Positions 24,175 to 37,974 of a stretch of 64,000 nucleotides of DNA are shown here, piece by piece (positions within the stretch are counted from its first letter, which is position 1; the number at the start of each line of letters is the position of its first letter). The notes below the pieces were generated by a model that worked only from the letters and a program-made list of their open reading frames with translations, was not told the origin of the DNA and searched no databases. A program made the position numbers and the translations under genes. Origin of the DNA: Rhizodiscina lignyota (lineage: Eukaryota); contig ML978134.1 in assembly GCA_010015805.1 (NCBI GenBank), positions 248,001 through 312,000 of the forward strand, written 5' to 3'.

Positions 24175-26227
24175 TCAGAGACTCGGCCCTGGCTTCGGAT
24201 GGGTCCAGCCACCATCCACACTCCACACACCAGCCTTGCTGTAGTCACCAGCACTACTTCCGCTCATAAATCCAAATCTAAAGTACTCAGGCATACTCAC
24301 ATTGCGCCTCACCCATGTGAAGCTCCCAACGCCTTCGTCATTCTCACTGCCGTAAATCCCGCCCTCGTAGGCACGGAACCGCTCGACATCATTGACCAGG
24401 ACGCTGATGCCATCAAAGCCCTTATCTCGCGGTATCACTGTGCGCGAGAAATCGAATGTGACGTTACCCGGCATACTAGTGCCAAAGTTATTATGGATGA
24501 TGGGTGGGATACCCAGACCTGGTAGCTCAGTGCCTAGTGGTGCATCGCCTCGCAACTCCCCAGGTGTCTGGAGAATAGAGTCGAAACCCCATCTTGCGAT
24601 GCCATTGATGAAAAGACCAAATAGCAGGCCTTGATAGAGCAAGCTCGGACGGTTCTGCATTGCGGTTCCGAAGATGAGCAGCATGCCAAGGATGTAGTGG
24701 TGGATGCGGACGTTCATCCTCGGTATCGCGACGAGGATTAGGATGACCGCTACAAATATGCCGTAAACTGCGAGATACTTCCGCATTCTACCTTCCCGAC
24801 GAATTGCCCAAGCCTGGCCGAGCGCGATGGAGAAGATGATAAGGACAATACTGATCAATGCAGGCACCGCACCCGGCTGGGCCTTGATGTCAGAGGGCGT
24901 AAGGCGTTGGATCGGGATGCGATCGAATGTATAATTGTTAAGACACCCAACCCAGCAAGCTCCGAGCCAGAGAATGGTCTTCTCGACCTGTGCGGTGAGG
25001 CCTGTAAGGGAGCGGATGACGCAGAAGCGGTAGACGACATATGCGCAGAAGGATGCAGGCAAGAAGCGGCCTAGTGCTAGGGAGACGAGGGAATAGTAAT
25101 CTGCGAGAGATGGCGGGTCGGACACGAGCGCGACATGGAAGAAAAGGCCGACGTAGAGGCTCCAGAAGAAGATTCCTGGTGAGGTGGTGAAGAGAGAGAG
25201 CAAGATGGTGAATGTGAGGGAGACGCCGAGGAGCGGCCAGCGCAGATCGGCGCATCTGGATGCAGTAGAGGCAATAAAGCTGAAGGAGCGGGGGAAGTAG
25301 GAGTCGAAGCCGATGCTGCCAATGCCGTTTGCCTTGGTAGACGGGTAATTGGATTGCTCCCCCACGAGGCGGAGCACACCGCAGCCGCCTTCAGTGTCGG
25401 AGAAGAAACCAGAGTGGATGGCCGAGCCGCAGATGAAAGAATCTCCACGATATATAGAACTGGAGATTGGATCGGAAGGGTCCGTCGGTCCTCCGACAAC
25501 AAGGGGTTTATAAACAACCTCTTGATCCCCCACGGCATGCGGATTAATAACTTCGACGCGCTTGCAGTTCGCTGGACATCTGAACGTCAATGTGCTATTT
25601 GAGAAGGGACGACACTGGTCACCATTCAAACCGCAGCCATTGCCATTTGCCCTAAAGCGCAATTAGAAGGTAATACAGAGGCCGGAATAGGCAACCATAC
25701 CAATAGCTTGCGCCGCAGCTAAGACGCACTGGAGAGCCATAACCGGGAACATCGCTCGAAAAAGCAGACTTATGCAACACCAACGAAAAGCAGAGCAGCC
25801 ACAAGAAATAGAATGCAATCAACAACAAGAACTTGTGTCTCTTTTTCGGCAAATATCTATCCAGAAGCTTAATAGGCGCCTCTTGCACTTGTGGAAATAT
25901 CGGCTTGATCTTGTATATTCTCGGCGGGTTGGGTCCCTTCGTCCACCTAGCTACAGCTTTTCCTGCCTTCCGTATCCGTGGTGGTATATATCTTAATACG
26001 GAGTGTTTCAATTGCTCTGGCGAAAGATCATCTTCAGACGATTCGCCTAGTTCGTCGTCACTTGGTCGCAGGAAGGCCGCGGACTCGTCGGCATCGGCCA
26101 TCACAGTATCGTCCTCGCTATTCGTGTTTTCATCGTCATGGTAGCGAGGGAAGGTGGTAGCTCCGTTGTGAGCCTCGTCAGGCATCGTATTCAACGAGTG
26201 CTGCGAACGCGAGGGAGACGTAGGCAT
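24175..26227 (-). CDS. LCCL-domain multi-pass membrane protein
   Basis: CPANC and YRGDSFICGSAIHSG LCCL motifs followed by several TM segments, HHYILG; intron 25652-25700. The start could be the second Met (MPDEAH). Confidence 0.9.
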
Positions 26228-26739
26228 GAGGTGAGCGTGCGGAGGAGAAAGTGAGCAACGAGAGACTCGGGAGAGATGTGCGGCAGCACTACTCTATATC
26301 GTAAGATGCGGAAATGGCGGAGACTAAATACAAGACATACAATCTACAGGAATGTACAAGAAACAGTAGAGACTGACGATGTTTGAGCGTCAGCGAGCTG
26401 TCGCAAGCTCAAGCGGGATCGGCTGGCGCACCGCCACGTCGGGTGCGCCACGAGTGCCATGAGTGCCACGTGATGACCGCGTGGTTAGCGTTACGCGCCG
26501 ATTGGCGGTCGAGGAGAGGAGAGGCAAGCTCGTTCTCATTCTCAACCACCTCTTTGCCAACCTGTCGATACCTGCGTGACTTTTACCGATGCAGTAAAGC
26601 TGGCACTATTCTCCCTACTTTCAAGACCTTTACACATTCTCACCTTGACACGCCTCAATGGGAGAGAGGCTTCATTAAGCATTCCGTACGCTTGCGCCCG
26701 GCTGTCGTCTAGGCAAAGCATCGTGGGTGATTGTGCTGT

Positions 26740-27770
26740 TTAGTCCTTGCAGTTTGAAGATCCTTACCTTCAGGAACTCATACCAGGGCTCTCCAGCCAG
26801 ATGATCCACGATATGGCGAGCAATCTTGAAACCGATGTTGTGTGGGAACTGATGGTGCAGAAACCTGACTGCTTTCTGATTGTTGAAGGACTTCCTACTA
26901 TTCTGCAACAAAACGCCATCCTCTTATCGTCGAATGGTGTTGCAGACAGCAATGTCTCGGCTTGAGTCGGCCGACTTCTCCTCGTATCCGTTCTCAACAA
27001 TCCAGAACGAAAGTGATTACATTGCGCTTGCGAAGCTCAGTGCCAGGACCCCAATGCTAGATGACCAAAGAGCAAAGGTGATGTTGAACAAGACCGTACC
27101 CCAGGTCCCCAAATACTTCTCAGAGAGCGCCTTCGTCTTATATTAGCGAGTCCTACGACAAACTGAAAACTTCCACCTTCAGACTCGTCTGGAGGGTAAG
27201 GAGCTGGAGCTCTATTTCCGAGGACCAAGACTATTGGTATTCCATGGAGCATTACGGAAATGATGCCTTCACTTCACTTTGGTTTGATGAGTGATGAAGA
27301 CGCGCATCGAAGCAGACATTCAACCATTTAGCGAGCCTTCTGCAAGATCAAGTTTCAGTCAGAACCAGCTAGGACTATCCGAGGCCTTTGTGCGAACGCG
27401 GCGACGCTTGGTGGCAGGAGAGACATTCCAACGACTGAGTTTGAAGACTGAAGAGAAGTTTTGGGAAGTGCTGACGCAAGACCATGTTCGAGTCTTCATA
27501 ATCACGGTTCCACGGGTTACACAACATGTCAACAGCAATTATTCAACAACGACTCCATATGTAACAGAATTTTGTAATTCAAAGACAGGGAAATTGACGA
27601 CAGCGTTGCTTGAGGCCGAAAACCCCGACATTTGGAAGATTACCGAGTCACGTGTAAATATGTCGGCACCCGTGGGCGAAGGCAGTACCTGTACCTCCCG
27701 TCAGTTGAACGAAGAAAGTGGAATGATTTTCGTGCTTTCCAACTGCCAATCTCGTAGTGTCAATAGATAA
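26740..27770 (+). pseudogene. Possible decayed gene of unknown family
   Basis: Successive protein-like ORF pieces (26747-26965, 26880-27146, 27291-27770) separated by stops or frame changes, with no clear splice sites. Confidence 0.3.
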
Positions 27771-28101
27771 CTTACGGAATAATGCAGTTCGGTACGACCA
27801 TTTCAACGCTTCTAGGCTAATCATTATCCATCTGGCATCCTTTCCTGGACAATGAGGAGAAGAGTCGCTGGTCACTACGACCAGACGAGCACTCAACTGT
27901 AACATTTGCACGATGCTGCGCATAGATTTCTCCGGTAATTCTGATCTCATGAACCGATTTGAGATGGAGTTGCTGGAATTTACGCGTTCCAAGGGGTGGT
28001 TGTCGTGAAAGGGGCACATTCCAGTGCCTGAGGACTACTTGACGCGAATTTCAAGAGCAATCGTTTGCACGCTCTGCACAACTCAACTTTTCAATTTTGC
28101 C

Positions 28102-29696
28102 ATGTCTTCGTCTTTCAGTGACTCTGACGAGAGCGCTCCTTTCTTAGAGCATGAGAAGGAGTCTGTATCGCCCTCATATTTTTCTCAATTGGCATTTCTC
28201 TCTTGGGCAGCAGCCCGCATTCGACGCGTCTGCGAAGCACTAAAGCGTTGCCGCAACCTCACCCTTCCACATCTATACAGGACAGCATGTCCTCCTCGCG
28301 AGACATCGTCTGAGAACATATCTCCGCCTTCAACCTCTACAGCATGGCTCGATGGAATGAGAGGCTTCGCCTCGTTCTTTGTGTACATACGACACTTCGC
28401 CTCTGCAACGCACACCCACATAGAGTTCGGATATGGCCAGGACGAGGAGAACCATTTTCTGATTCAGCTCCCCTTCCTGCGACTTGTCGTAGGTGGTCCA
28501 GCGATGGTGGCCCTGTTCTTCATTATATCAGGATACGCTCTATCTTGGGCACCGCTCAGGTCTATGCATTATGAGTCAGCTTCGAAGGGATTGGAACGCC
28601 TGGCGTCCGGTGTGTTCAGGAGAGCCATTCGGTTGTTCATGCCGGGTATTGTGTCAACATTCCTGGTGATGCTTTGCATCAGCATGGGCCTTTACGACAC
28701 CGGAAAAGCGGCTGTTAACGACGTCGATATGCCTGGTTTCCAGGAACCAGGGCCTCCTATGTTGCGCAAAGACCCATTCGTCGTACAGTTCAGAGACTGG
28801 GTTCAGTGCACGTGGAAATGGTTAAATGTATGGAAGCTGACTAGTCATCCGTACGATGTTCACACCTGGACACTACCGGTGGAGTTTAGTTCTTCAATGG
28901 CTCTATTTCTTGTGTTAGTGGCATTCTCAAAATGTGCTCCAACAATCCGTCTATGCCTACTAGCGTCCTCCGTTATATACTGCCACCTCAAGGACAATTG
29001 GACCTGCTGGCTGTTCTTCGCAGGATCTTTTTTGGCACAACTGAAGATCATCCAAGACAGCAAACACGCGGCTCTATCCGATTGCCATCTTCCAACGACA
29101 GAAACTCATGCCAATTCAATGAAGATGAGTAGGCGTATCTGGGCGATCAAAGGGGATATTGCCCGCGTGTGTCTTTTCATCGCCGGCCTCTATCTACTTT
29201 CTGCGCCAGACTTCGGCGCCGGTGAGTTTCGTACTTTAGTCGTATATTTCGAAGCATCACTGACGGGACGACAGCAAATGATACCCCTGGCTACATCACA
29301 CTCAGCCGATTCATTCCTTCAACATGGCCCGAGAGTTACCGCTTCCTTCACTGTATCGGTGCCTTGCTCGCAGTCTACGCCACCTCATCCACTTCCACAT
29401 CGAGCCTCCGTTGCCTCTTCGACAACGCATTCTCCACATACTTGGGCAAACTCAGCTACGCAATATACCTAGTTCACGGCCCAGTCGTCCACATGCTTGG
29501 ATTTTGGCTTGTACCATGGTGTTGGTCGCTCACCGGAAAGGAAACTATGTGGGATAAGGAATTCGGCTTCATGATTGCGTTTATCATAGTCACAATTGTT
29601 GTCCTGAGGGTTGCTGATTGGTTTTGGAGATACGTCGATGCTAAATGCGTTCTATTTGCTCGGTGGGTTGAGAAAATCTTCACTGGATTGGGGTAG
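28102..29696 (+). CDS. Acyltransferase-3 family membrane O-acyltransferase
   Basis: WLDGMRGFA, FFIISGYAL, FRRAIRLF, WTLPVEF and YLGKLSYAIYLVH motifs; intron 29222-29274. Confidence 0.92.
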
Positions 29697-30703
29697 CATA
29701 TTGCTGAGCAGTTGGCATACCTTTGAATTCTGTGGCACGAAATATATGTAGCATGCGCTAAATTTGTTCCGCTTGTTTCAGTCGTTTGGCCGGCGCCCGG
29801 GGACAACTATTCTTGTCTGCTTAAAGTAGAAAGTACAAGAAAGCAATTTTGCACAGTTTTCTAGACTCTTTTCAGAAAGCGGAGTTATTAGCAGAAACCA
29901 TGACTGGGAGTTCGAAGGACAAGTAGTCGTAGACTCAGGGTTGTTCCACACACACGACAGAGCACCAGACTGCTCTTGCGAAGGTTAAGAATACAGCAAT
30001 ATGACGACAGAGAAATACCTACGTTTTGCGACCCGCATCAATTACCTGCATTATGGGTTTCAAGGATCATCAGGAAGGCCATATATTTTCCCTGTCTGCG
30101 TGTAATTACAAAGTTAAGCATGAGGAAACCGGGCCTTGGACTCCTCCAAGGCGGAGAGACCACCTGCGATGGCGGCCCCTGTAGAGTGAACTATGATTCG
30201 CCGGTCGTAGTCGTGCTCGTGATCCACTCCACTTCCCCTATCTGACTGGGGCTTTTCGTAAGGCTATAACCTCGCTCGTGCCAGAATGCCTTGCTGTTTA
30301 AATACGAGCTGGTTATGCCTTGCACTAAAGGGACGTCCTGCTCTATGCCTTGCACACTTCGCGAGTGAGTTAATGATCGGTGATAAGGCGTTATGTGCTC
30401 AACCGTACAGAAGTCGGAGGAAATGCTGCACCGATTTGCATCTCAATGCATCACAGCTCGAAACAAGTTGCGCGCCCATTGGGGGGATGGAAATGCAGAC
30501 TTTGATTAAGGTCACCACTACGTGCGATAGAGAAGAGCGCCAGGTTCGCCCTGCGTATCACATTGTATGGGATAGTACTTCTCCTTTATATCAGACTTGC
30601 AACGAAGAGTAAAGTCTGCACTTTCAGCCTGTCTATCATCTTCCAATCTTCTACCATTATTCAACGGTCAAATCCATATCCGGTCTATTGACTTCTAGAA
30701 ATC

Positions 30704-31237
30704 ATGTCCATTCTCGTCACCTATGCAACTTCCAAGGGCTCTACTATAGGTGTCGCTGAGCGTCTCGCCGAGCACCTCAAGCTCTACGCTTCATCAGTCG
30801 ATTGCTTGCCTGTCCGCAAAGTTTCCGCCACCTCGCTAACCAAGTACTCGGCCATCATCGTTGGCAGCGCCGTCCAGATGTACGAATGGCTCACTCCTGC
30901 GCGGAACTTCATCCACGACAACGAAGCCGTCTTGAAGACCAAGCCCGTATGGGCCTTCAGCGTAGGCTTCCCGGCCGAAGACGCAGAGCGTGTGCAGCAA
31001 GAAGGCTCGCTGGCGGAGAAGATCCGCAAGTACGTGCCGGATCTTAAGGCACATAAGTTCTTCTACGGTCGTTTGCGGCGACGGGATCTGGGAGTGTACT
31101 GGCGCTTGGTCCTTCAGTGCTTCGCTCCACAGTATGTGCAGAGATGGGGCGACGAAAGGAATTGGGAGGAGATTGAAGCATGGGCGGATATGGTGGGGAA
31201 AGAGATTAGGGATGGACGAAGCTCGACAGCGATTTGA
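30704..31237 (+). CDS. Flavodoxin-domain protein (HemG-like), intronless
   Basis: ILVTYATSKGST phosphate loop, IIVGSAV, PVWAFSVG and DERNWEEIEAWA. Confidence 0.88.
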   Translation: MSILVTYATSKGSTIGVAERLAEHLKLYASSVDCLPVRKVSATSLTKYSAIIVGSAVQMYEWLTPARNFIHDNEAVLKTKPVWAFSVGFPAEDAERVQQEGSLAEKIRKYVPDLKAHKFFYGRLRRRDLGVYWRLVLQCFAPQYVQRWGDERNWEEIEAWADMVGKEIRDGRSSTAI

Positions 31238-32121
31238 TGTCGTGGATGGCTTTCCTTTTTAGCATCTGATATGATACTTGAAAGGGGACTAAGGAATGGC
31301 TGTATGGGAAGGGAAAGGGAAGATATCAAATGTATGGTGGACGATTGATTCTACTTGGCTCCTTTAAATACGTTCTTTGATGAGGGCTGAAAGGGTACGG
31401 CATGAACGAGATTTGCTCCTCGGCCCAGATGAGATTATGTCTCAAAGCTCAGTGCGATATATTTCGGATAGAGTTTATCGACATTGTAGCTTTACTAAGT
31501 ATAAATAATCTTAATCGAAGAGACTTTAATCTTCGCGTCTCTATGCGTCGAGGCTGTAGAACTATCATCTTCTTTCTCTTCCTTGCGTTCTTAAGTTTAT
31601 TTCACTCCGTGTGCTTACATCTCAAGGCCCCATTCCGTATTCCTTGAAGTTCTTTCAATTCCCTATCAGACGTCCACCCTCCTTTATCGGCCGAGCTGGT
31701 GAAATTACGACTACGTGTTCTCACATAATGCATAGTACAGCATTCAAATCTCTCATGTCAATTCTCTTCGAAGCATATGTACATACGCCTTAAACCATGC
31801 TTCTATCTCGCCCCTTCCTTTCCCCTCAGACTCGTACACGCGGTCGCAATGATGCAGAATCGCTCATTCCGATATATCCTCAGACCCATCAAAATGACGC
31901 GGAAAGTGGTATCCTAATTTTACTTTGAACACTGAAAGACCAAAAACACAGTATAAGGTATAAAACACGCCATTGGAATGCCCGCCCGCTTGTCGCTGAT
32001 GCCAGAGAAATACAAAGATGCAAAGCAGATAGATATGGAGACGGAATGACACAAGTCCACAAAGGTGCCTGAGCGCTGGATGGGTATCTAAGAAGTCTTG
32101 CCGTAGCAGGAGACGCTCATG

Positions 32122-33742
32122 CTATCGGCGTTGGACGCAGATATTCTCCTCTGCAAACGAACGATATCTGTCGAGCACATCAGTCTTCGCCATGCCCTCG
32201 CTCTGCGGCGCAAACGAATAATGTGCTGCTATTGCACGACCGTCAACGATCGCATCTGTTTCTGGTCAGCGGACAACTATCCACGCATAAAGTATAGTGA
32301 ATGCTTACGTCTTTTCAGCTTCGCCGGCATTGTCTCGCTGAAATACGCTTCATCATCCTGCTCCAGCGGCTTCGCAAGATTGATATCTCGCCCCATAATC
32401 GCAATGAACTGGATACCCAGCCGCTTGTAGTAGTAATCCCACTTGTGGAACTTGTACCGCCAGAGCTCATTCTGTTCAAGGTGTTCCAAGAAGCTGTAGT
32501 GCTCTTGCGCCGCGATGGTCCAATGGTACAGCGCTGGTGTGAAGGCTCCGTACTCGGTTTCCATAATAGGCGTGGTGTCTAGTACGCTGCCCTCAGAAAG
32601 AGGCAGCCAGCGATGTGGGATGGTGGTGGGCTGGAAGTCGGCGGCTGCGGTAAAGTTATCGGGGCCTTCCCATGTTGGGAGGAGAGAGGCTCGCCAGTCG
32701 GTCGGATGTTTGGTGAAGAGTGGAGTGGGTGCGGAACTCGTAGCTGATGAAGATGTGACGGACGCAGCCGGGGGCTTTTCCTCTGAGACGGCTTTCGTAG
32801 TAGGGTGTTGTGGAGCTTTATCCGAGGGTGGAGGGCGTGGAGGATCCTTCTTCTCATCTCGCGAGTGTAGCTCGGCTTTTGGTTCTGTCCCTAGAGTTGC
32901 AGGATGTGGGAGGTATTCTGGAAGGTACGGCTTGATGACGCCCAGGTGATGATGAACCCAACTGAGCGACGGTTGGTTCATGATGTTCGCAGAAACGAGG
33001 AAGTATTCCGGATGCTCCCATCTTGTGCGCACAATGGTTGGTATGGTGGTGTCTTCAAAGAAAACCTAAAGTTCGTAAGGCTCTCGCATAGAGTTTGGTA
33101 GTGCCATGACCTACAATGTCGTCGTCAATCTTCACATACATGACATCATCCTCGCAAATGTCATATGCTGAAGCGTAACTCTTCCCAAATGTTCTCACAT
33201 CCACCCTCTTGTAGCTCGGCTCCCCCTTTACCAGCCCATCAAGCCACTCCAGATCAGCCTCTTTTTCTGTGCGTGCAAGAAAGACGACTTCATCGAGCAT
33301 GCCTCCATTGGAGACGAGATTCCGCTGCATGCATCATAAGCAAATTGGCCAAGTCTCCAGGTCTACGAGCTCAGCTTGACGGATGTGTATGTACCTTCAA
33401 GTAACAGTCCAATATGCTCACACTCGCCGGCCGCCCATAGAAGACCAACCCAACCACCTTCCTTAATTGTGGCGGCCTCTTCCATTCTCTTGAACCTTGA
33501 CTCTCTGCGTCACCTCTTTGTGTAAGACTCCAATTGTTTGGTAGCACCTTTGTCCCAGCTACGGAAGTCGCCAATGCTGCAGCAGCAGCACTCGACGACC
33601 TCACGTACGGCCCAAAGAAATGCCAGCATATCACCGCAATCGTGAGGAGCGCGAACAGTGAAAGTGCGACCTGGTGGTTGAGCGTGATCTGGTGCTTTCC
33701 GACTCGGAGGGGGGTGTAGCCTCGTAGCTGTGGGAATAACAT
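32122..33742 (-). CDS. Type II membrane glycosyltransferase-like protein
   Basis: N-terminal TM, GLVFYGR, YVKIDDDIVF (DxD) and VSANIMNQP; introns 33325-33394, 33066-33114 and 32256-32308. Confidence 0.82.
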
Positions 33743-35395
33743 TGCGGAAGCTGTGGCAGGGCTCCGCCGAGAGATAGATAGAAGACGTATCGATCGGAGG
33801 CTTTGGAAGCAGCAGAAGAATGTCACGATGATCTTGGGATCGCCATGGAGGAGGAGAAGACGAGACTACGAACGCGGACTACCGCAGACTCAGGTTCGAG
33901 GTGGTGGTGAAGTCGCGCCTGCCCAGGCGGAGCAGAAGGTAGCGGTCGACCAAGACGTGCGCCAATGCCAAGCGCAGTCTCACAGGAAGCAAAGAGTTTC
34001 GGGTTCGGCGCTGCTTGTGGACTATTTGTTCTGCCAAGCGTGATGGAGTCTCAAAGTTGCTTGTTGTGCCTGTCAGAGACGTCGGCTGTGCGGCGAGTCA
34101 GCGAGTCGCGCTCAAAGGACACTGCCTTCATTTGCCCAGGTTCAGTGCGGACGCGTCAAAGCTGGAGAACCAAAGCTGTCGCTGTGCAACCTTATGTTCA
34201 CTTTTATCTGGCAAGCAAGATCTGATGAGATTTTGTGCCAATAGCGCTGCATAATTTCCAACTTGTCCGAGCCTTGGAATCGTATCATGAGGGCGTCACA
34301 GGCGTCGCGAAACAGGATCCCAGCGCTGATCATACTGACGTCGGGGGTCGCTGTGATCGCTCCAGCTATGACTTCGACCTCTCCTACATGGCATGTCGGA
34401 CTTCAGCCTTATTTATCGTGGTGCTATAGAGGCTTCTCATTCGTCACAAAGTATTCGTTTTAGACGCTTGACTATGAACTGGTTCATATTCTCACTCTAC
34501 CGCAATAATGCAGTTAATCTCGTAATCACTGCAAAACCTCGGATGAGTCGTGCTGTCCTTTCCGAAGGCGTCGTATGTGTCCTACTTATCGATGAAATGA
34601 TTCCTCGATTAAGTTCAAGGAGGTCTCTTTGAATGTCTGCGCAGTTGCGCCTTCAAGCTCCCTGTTAAGTCGCATTTCGGAATTCAATCCAACGACTACT
34701 TCGAGATGTCAGGCAGCTTCTGATCTTTTCCAAAGCTCTCCCCAGAGCCTTTCTACTCCTCCATCAGATCTTTCCTTGGACATTGTTTCGAGAATTTAGT
34801 GCACCTTGACTCCTCTTCCCATTTCAGTGCCCGGAAGCTCCGTCCCACTATCTTCAAAAGCTGACGCCAGATGCGCCCATGCCCATAGTGTTTGCTCAAG
34901 TCCTTGTACTATACCTATAGACAACTACGTGATCGTAAGGGCATGGTAGTTGTATGCCGATACTCGGGAGCATGCGTGGGGTTTGATCTTTACAAATGTC
35001 CATGCAGATTGCAACCAGCTTCCGCCGCGTATCTGGAAGCCTCACTTGATTCGTTTTCTTCAGTGCAGAGGTAATTTCAGAGTTCGATCTCATCGAAGAC
35101 GATGAATATTCGTCCTTCCTTGGGAATGTCGCACAAACAATCTCTTTACTGCCGTTCGACCCGTTCGACGTTGTTGCTGAACACTTGTGCACAGCAATAG
35201 TGATAGAGTCACATGCTCACCACGACCAGATAATCTCGCTCTTCACTTCAAACACTCTTTTTCATTCACTTCAATTGAACACGAGTCTCATACATATGAC
35301 GTACTTCCCTAAGCTAGTTTCTCGTGAGTGAATAAGACCTACAACGACGTCCTTTCCGGGATGATAAGAAGCGAATCTTCCAAGGCAGGCCTAGC

Positions 35396-35625
35396 AAGCT
35401 ACTCCCTGATGACCTTAAACGTAAACGGCCTACTATATGAAAGCTTCTGAGAAGTACTGAAGGCGTCTGTAATAGACTGGCTCTGTGAACATTTCGCTCG
35501 CGATAAACTACTCCGTGATAACCTTAAATATAAACTTACTAATATATAGAGGCTTCGTAGAGGTATAAAAGGCGACTGCAAGAGAGTGGCTATATGGACT
35601 GTTCGCTCGCGGGAAGCTAGATCCT
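35396..35625. repeat. Degenerate tandem duplication with ~109-bp period
   Basis: ACTCCCTGATGACCTTAAACGTAAAC (35401) vs ACTCCGTGATAACCTTAAATATAAAC (35510); both units end TTCGCTCGCG. Confidence 0.75.
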
Positions 35626-35837
35626 TGGTATACAGCACACTGTAGTCAGCTCGATCAGACGCAGTTGTTCTATCACCTTCGAGGATTTACTTCGACCACT
35701 CATCAAGCAACAGGACGACACCAGCTTGACCAGATTCAACTAGATTCGATTCAGGGTATATCAGCCAATCTAGACCCCAACGCTCTCGCATAAATGCAGA
35801 AGTCGACGAAATCCAAATGCCAGGGAATGCACGCCTC

Positions 35838-37769
35838 TCACACAGCGATCCCTCTACTCCTCCACCCACCCTTCCCTCTCCAAGCCCAAAACCAAAGTCC
35901 ACAAGCAACCCACACACTCGCTGCCATGGCCCAAAACGTCGGCGCATAGCACGCCGTCCCATAGCAAAGTCTATCTCCATCTCCTCCGCCATCGCCCTCT
36001 CGCCGCGCCGCGCTCTCATACACAGCGCTGTAAATCGCGCCCCAGACAGCCGCGCCGCCGGCCGGCATCATCGCCACGATGCCCCAGTTCGTGCCGATAT
36101 TCTCGACGCCCCACACTACTGAAACGACGATAGGAACGAGGGAGAAGGCTGCGCCGTACCCGGCGCCTACAAGGGCGGACACGGCAGCGAAGCGGGTGCC
36201 ATGGTTTTGGATGAGGCCGGAGGCAAGCAGGATTTGCCCCAACGAGAGAAGGATGGCGAACGCGAGGAGGAAGACCATGCGGCTGAGAGTGAAGCGTTTA
36301 GGTCGCGGTTCGAGGGAGGCCAAGCTTGAGGCGAGGGAGTTTGGGCCACGAAGGTGGGAGGGTATTTCTTCGGCTTTGGGGGCGAGGAGGTCGGAGAGGG
36401 TGCCGGTGAGGAGGCGAGCAATGGTCGAGGTGATGGCAACAATAGATACATGCGTTGCTGGTGTGGTGGGTATCTCATCCATGGCTACGTCTGGAGGGTA
36501 TAATGTGCCGATGATGGTGCCCATGTTGTTAATGAATGCTTCTCCAGGACCGGTAACGAGGAAGAAGCCGGCGGCGAGCCACCACATGGTGTGGTCTTTG
36601 AGGAAGCGGCGCGTCTCTGCGTTGAGAAGTAGGGTCTTCCGTCGGCGGTCTTCCTCAGCTTTAGCTTTCATCATCTCTGCTTCGGAGCGGAGGAAGTCCA
36701 CAGTCGACTCGGAAAGATCTGCCGGCTCCATTGTGCCATAGCCATGGGTCACCGTGGCACGACGGAAGTATTCGTCGTCTTCAGCCAGCAGGCCGGACTG
36801 CTCGAGATGGTCGATTGCAGTGTCTATCATGAGGTCTTCATCTACGACTTGAAGCGTGATTGTTCCGATGGTGCCGACTGCAAGGAGGAGCAGGCCCAGA
36901 AAGAGGAAGAAGTGGTAGACACTGACGTCTCCATTGCGACCATCCGGCCTCCGCTCAGAGAAGAAGTGACTTCCAACTTGGCTTAGCCACATGCCACTGA
37001 GGCCAAAGGCTGCAATAGGCGCAGCCAGCGCCAACCCTTTGTAGTTGCCGCGCCCAAAGTTCTTCGCGCACGTGGTGACGGCGGATAGGTACATGCAGCT
37101 TGTACCCATTCCGACACCAATGAACGACACCACCATGACCCAAAACGGCCATCCATCGCCTTTCGCCGAAGGCGGTGGTCCGCTGTGATATGTGAATGCT
37201 GCAAGGATATATCCGATTCCAAAGAAACAACCAGAGAGTAAGGAACACCATCCGGGGCCGATACGATCGCACAGATAACCGAACGCCGGGACGGGAAGGT
37301 ACATAGCGAGCTCCGCGGTGATGGAAACGAGGTTCACCTGCAGTTGGGTATATTTGAGATGCGACAAGAAGAGCGGGCCGTAGAGAGAAAACGCGGTAAT
37401 GGAACTGTGGTGACACTATCAGCGGGAGCTCGCATATTGGGAAGGAGCAGATATCGGTCGCACTCACCCAGCACACAAGCAGTTCACGATGGCCCAGCAG
37501 AAGCCGCCGTACCTCACCACCTCCCTGCCAATCCTCCGCCTGTCCTGCTCCTGGATGCCCTCCGCAACCTGCTCGAAGAAGCTCCCAGCGACGCTCGTGT
37601 CCCTGCTCCGACTCCGCCGATCGCCGTCTCCATCTCTTCCATCTCCTCCCAGCAGCGGTCGTCGTGCGTCTGCATCCGGCGGCTTGTACTCGAGCCTCTC
37701 AATGCCGTTCGCTGTAGTACTTGCTGCTGCGCCGGCTCGAGATCGACTTGAGCTCGCGGGACGAGACAT
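35838..37769 (-). CDS. MCH1: MFS transporter, Mch1/nodulin-like
   Basis: CAGSITAFSLYGP after splicing, AVTTCAKNF, GPGEAFINN and WGVENIGTNWG; intron 37405-37467. Confidence 0.9.
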
Positions 37770-37974
37770 TCTTCGTGGGCGGGGCGAAAGGATTGCCTAC
37801 GACCTCGAAGACATCGCTGACCATCCGGTTGAGGAACTGGCCGAACGTCTGCGGTCGGTTCGATGAGGAAGAATAGGTGCGAGAGGTCCTGTGGGAGCTG
37901 CGAGTAGAACCGTAGGAATCTCGGTAGCTGGAAGAGTGGTAGGAGTGCCTTCGGTTCGGGCCGTTGGAGGGCAT
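37699..37974 (-). other. 91-codon upstream ORF overlapping the MCH1 start in another frame
   Basis: ATG at 37974 (ACTATG, A at -3) reads open to TGA at 37699, passing out of frame across the MCH1 ATG at 37769. Confidence 0.5.
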
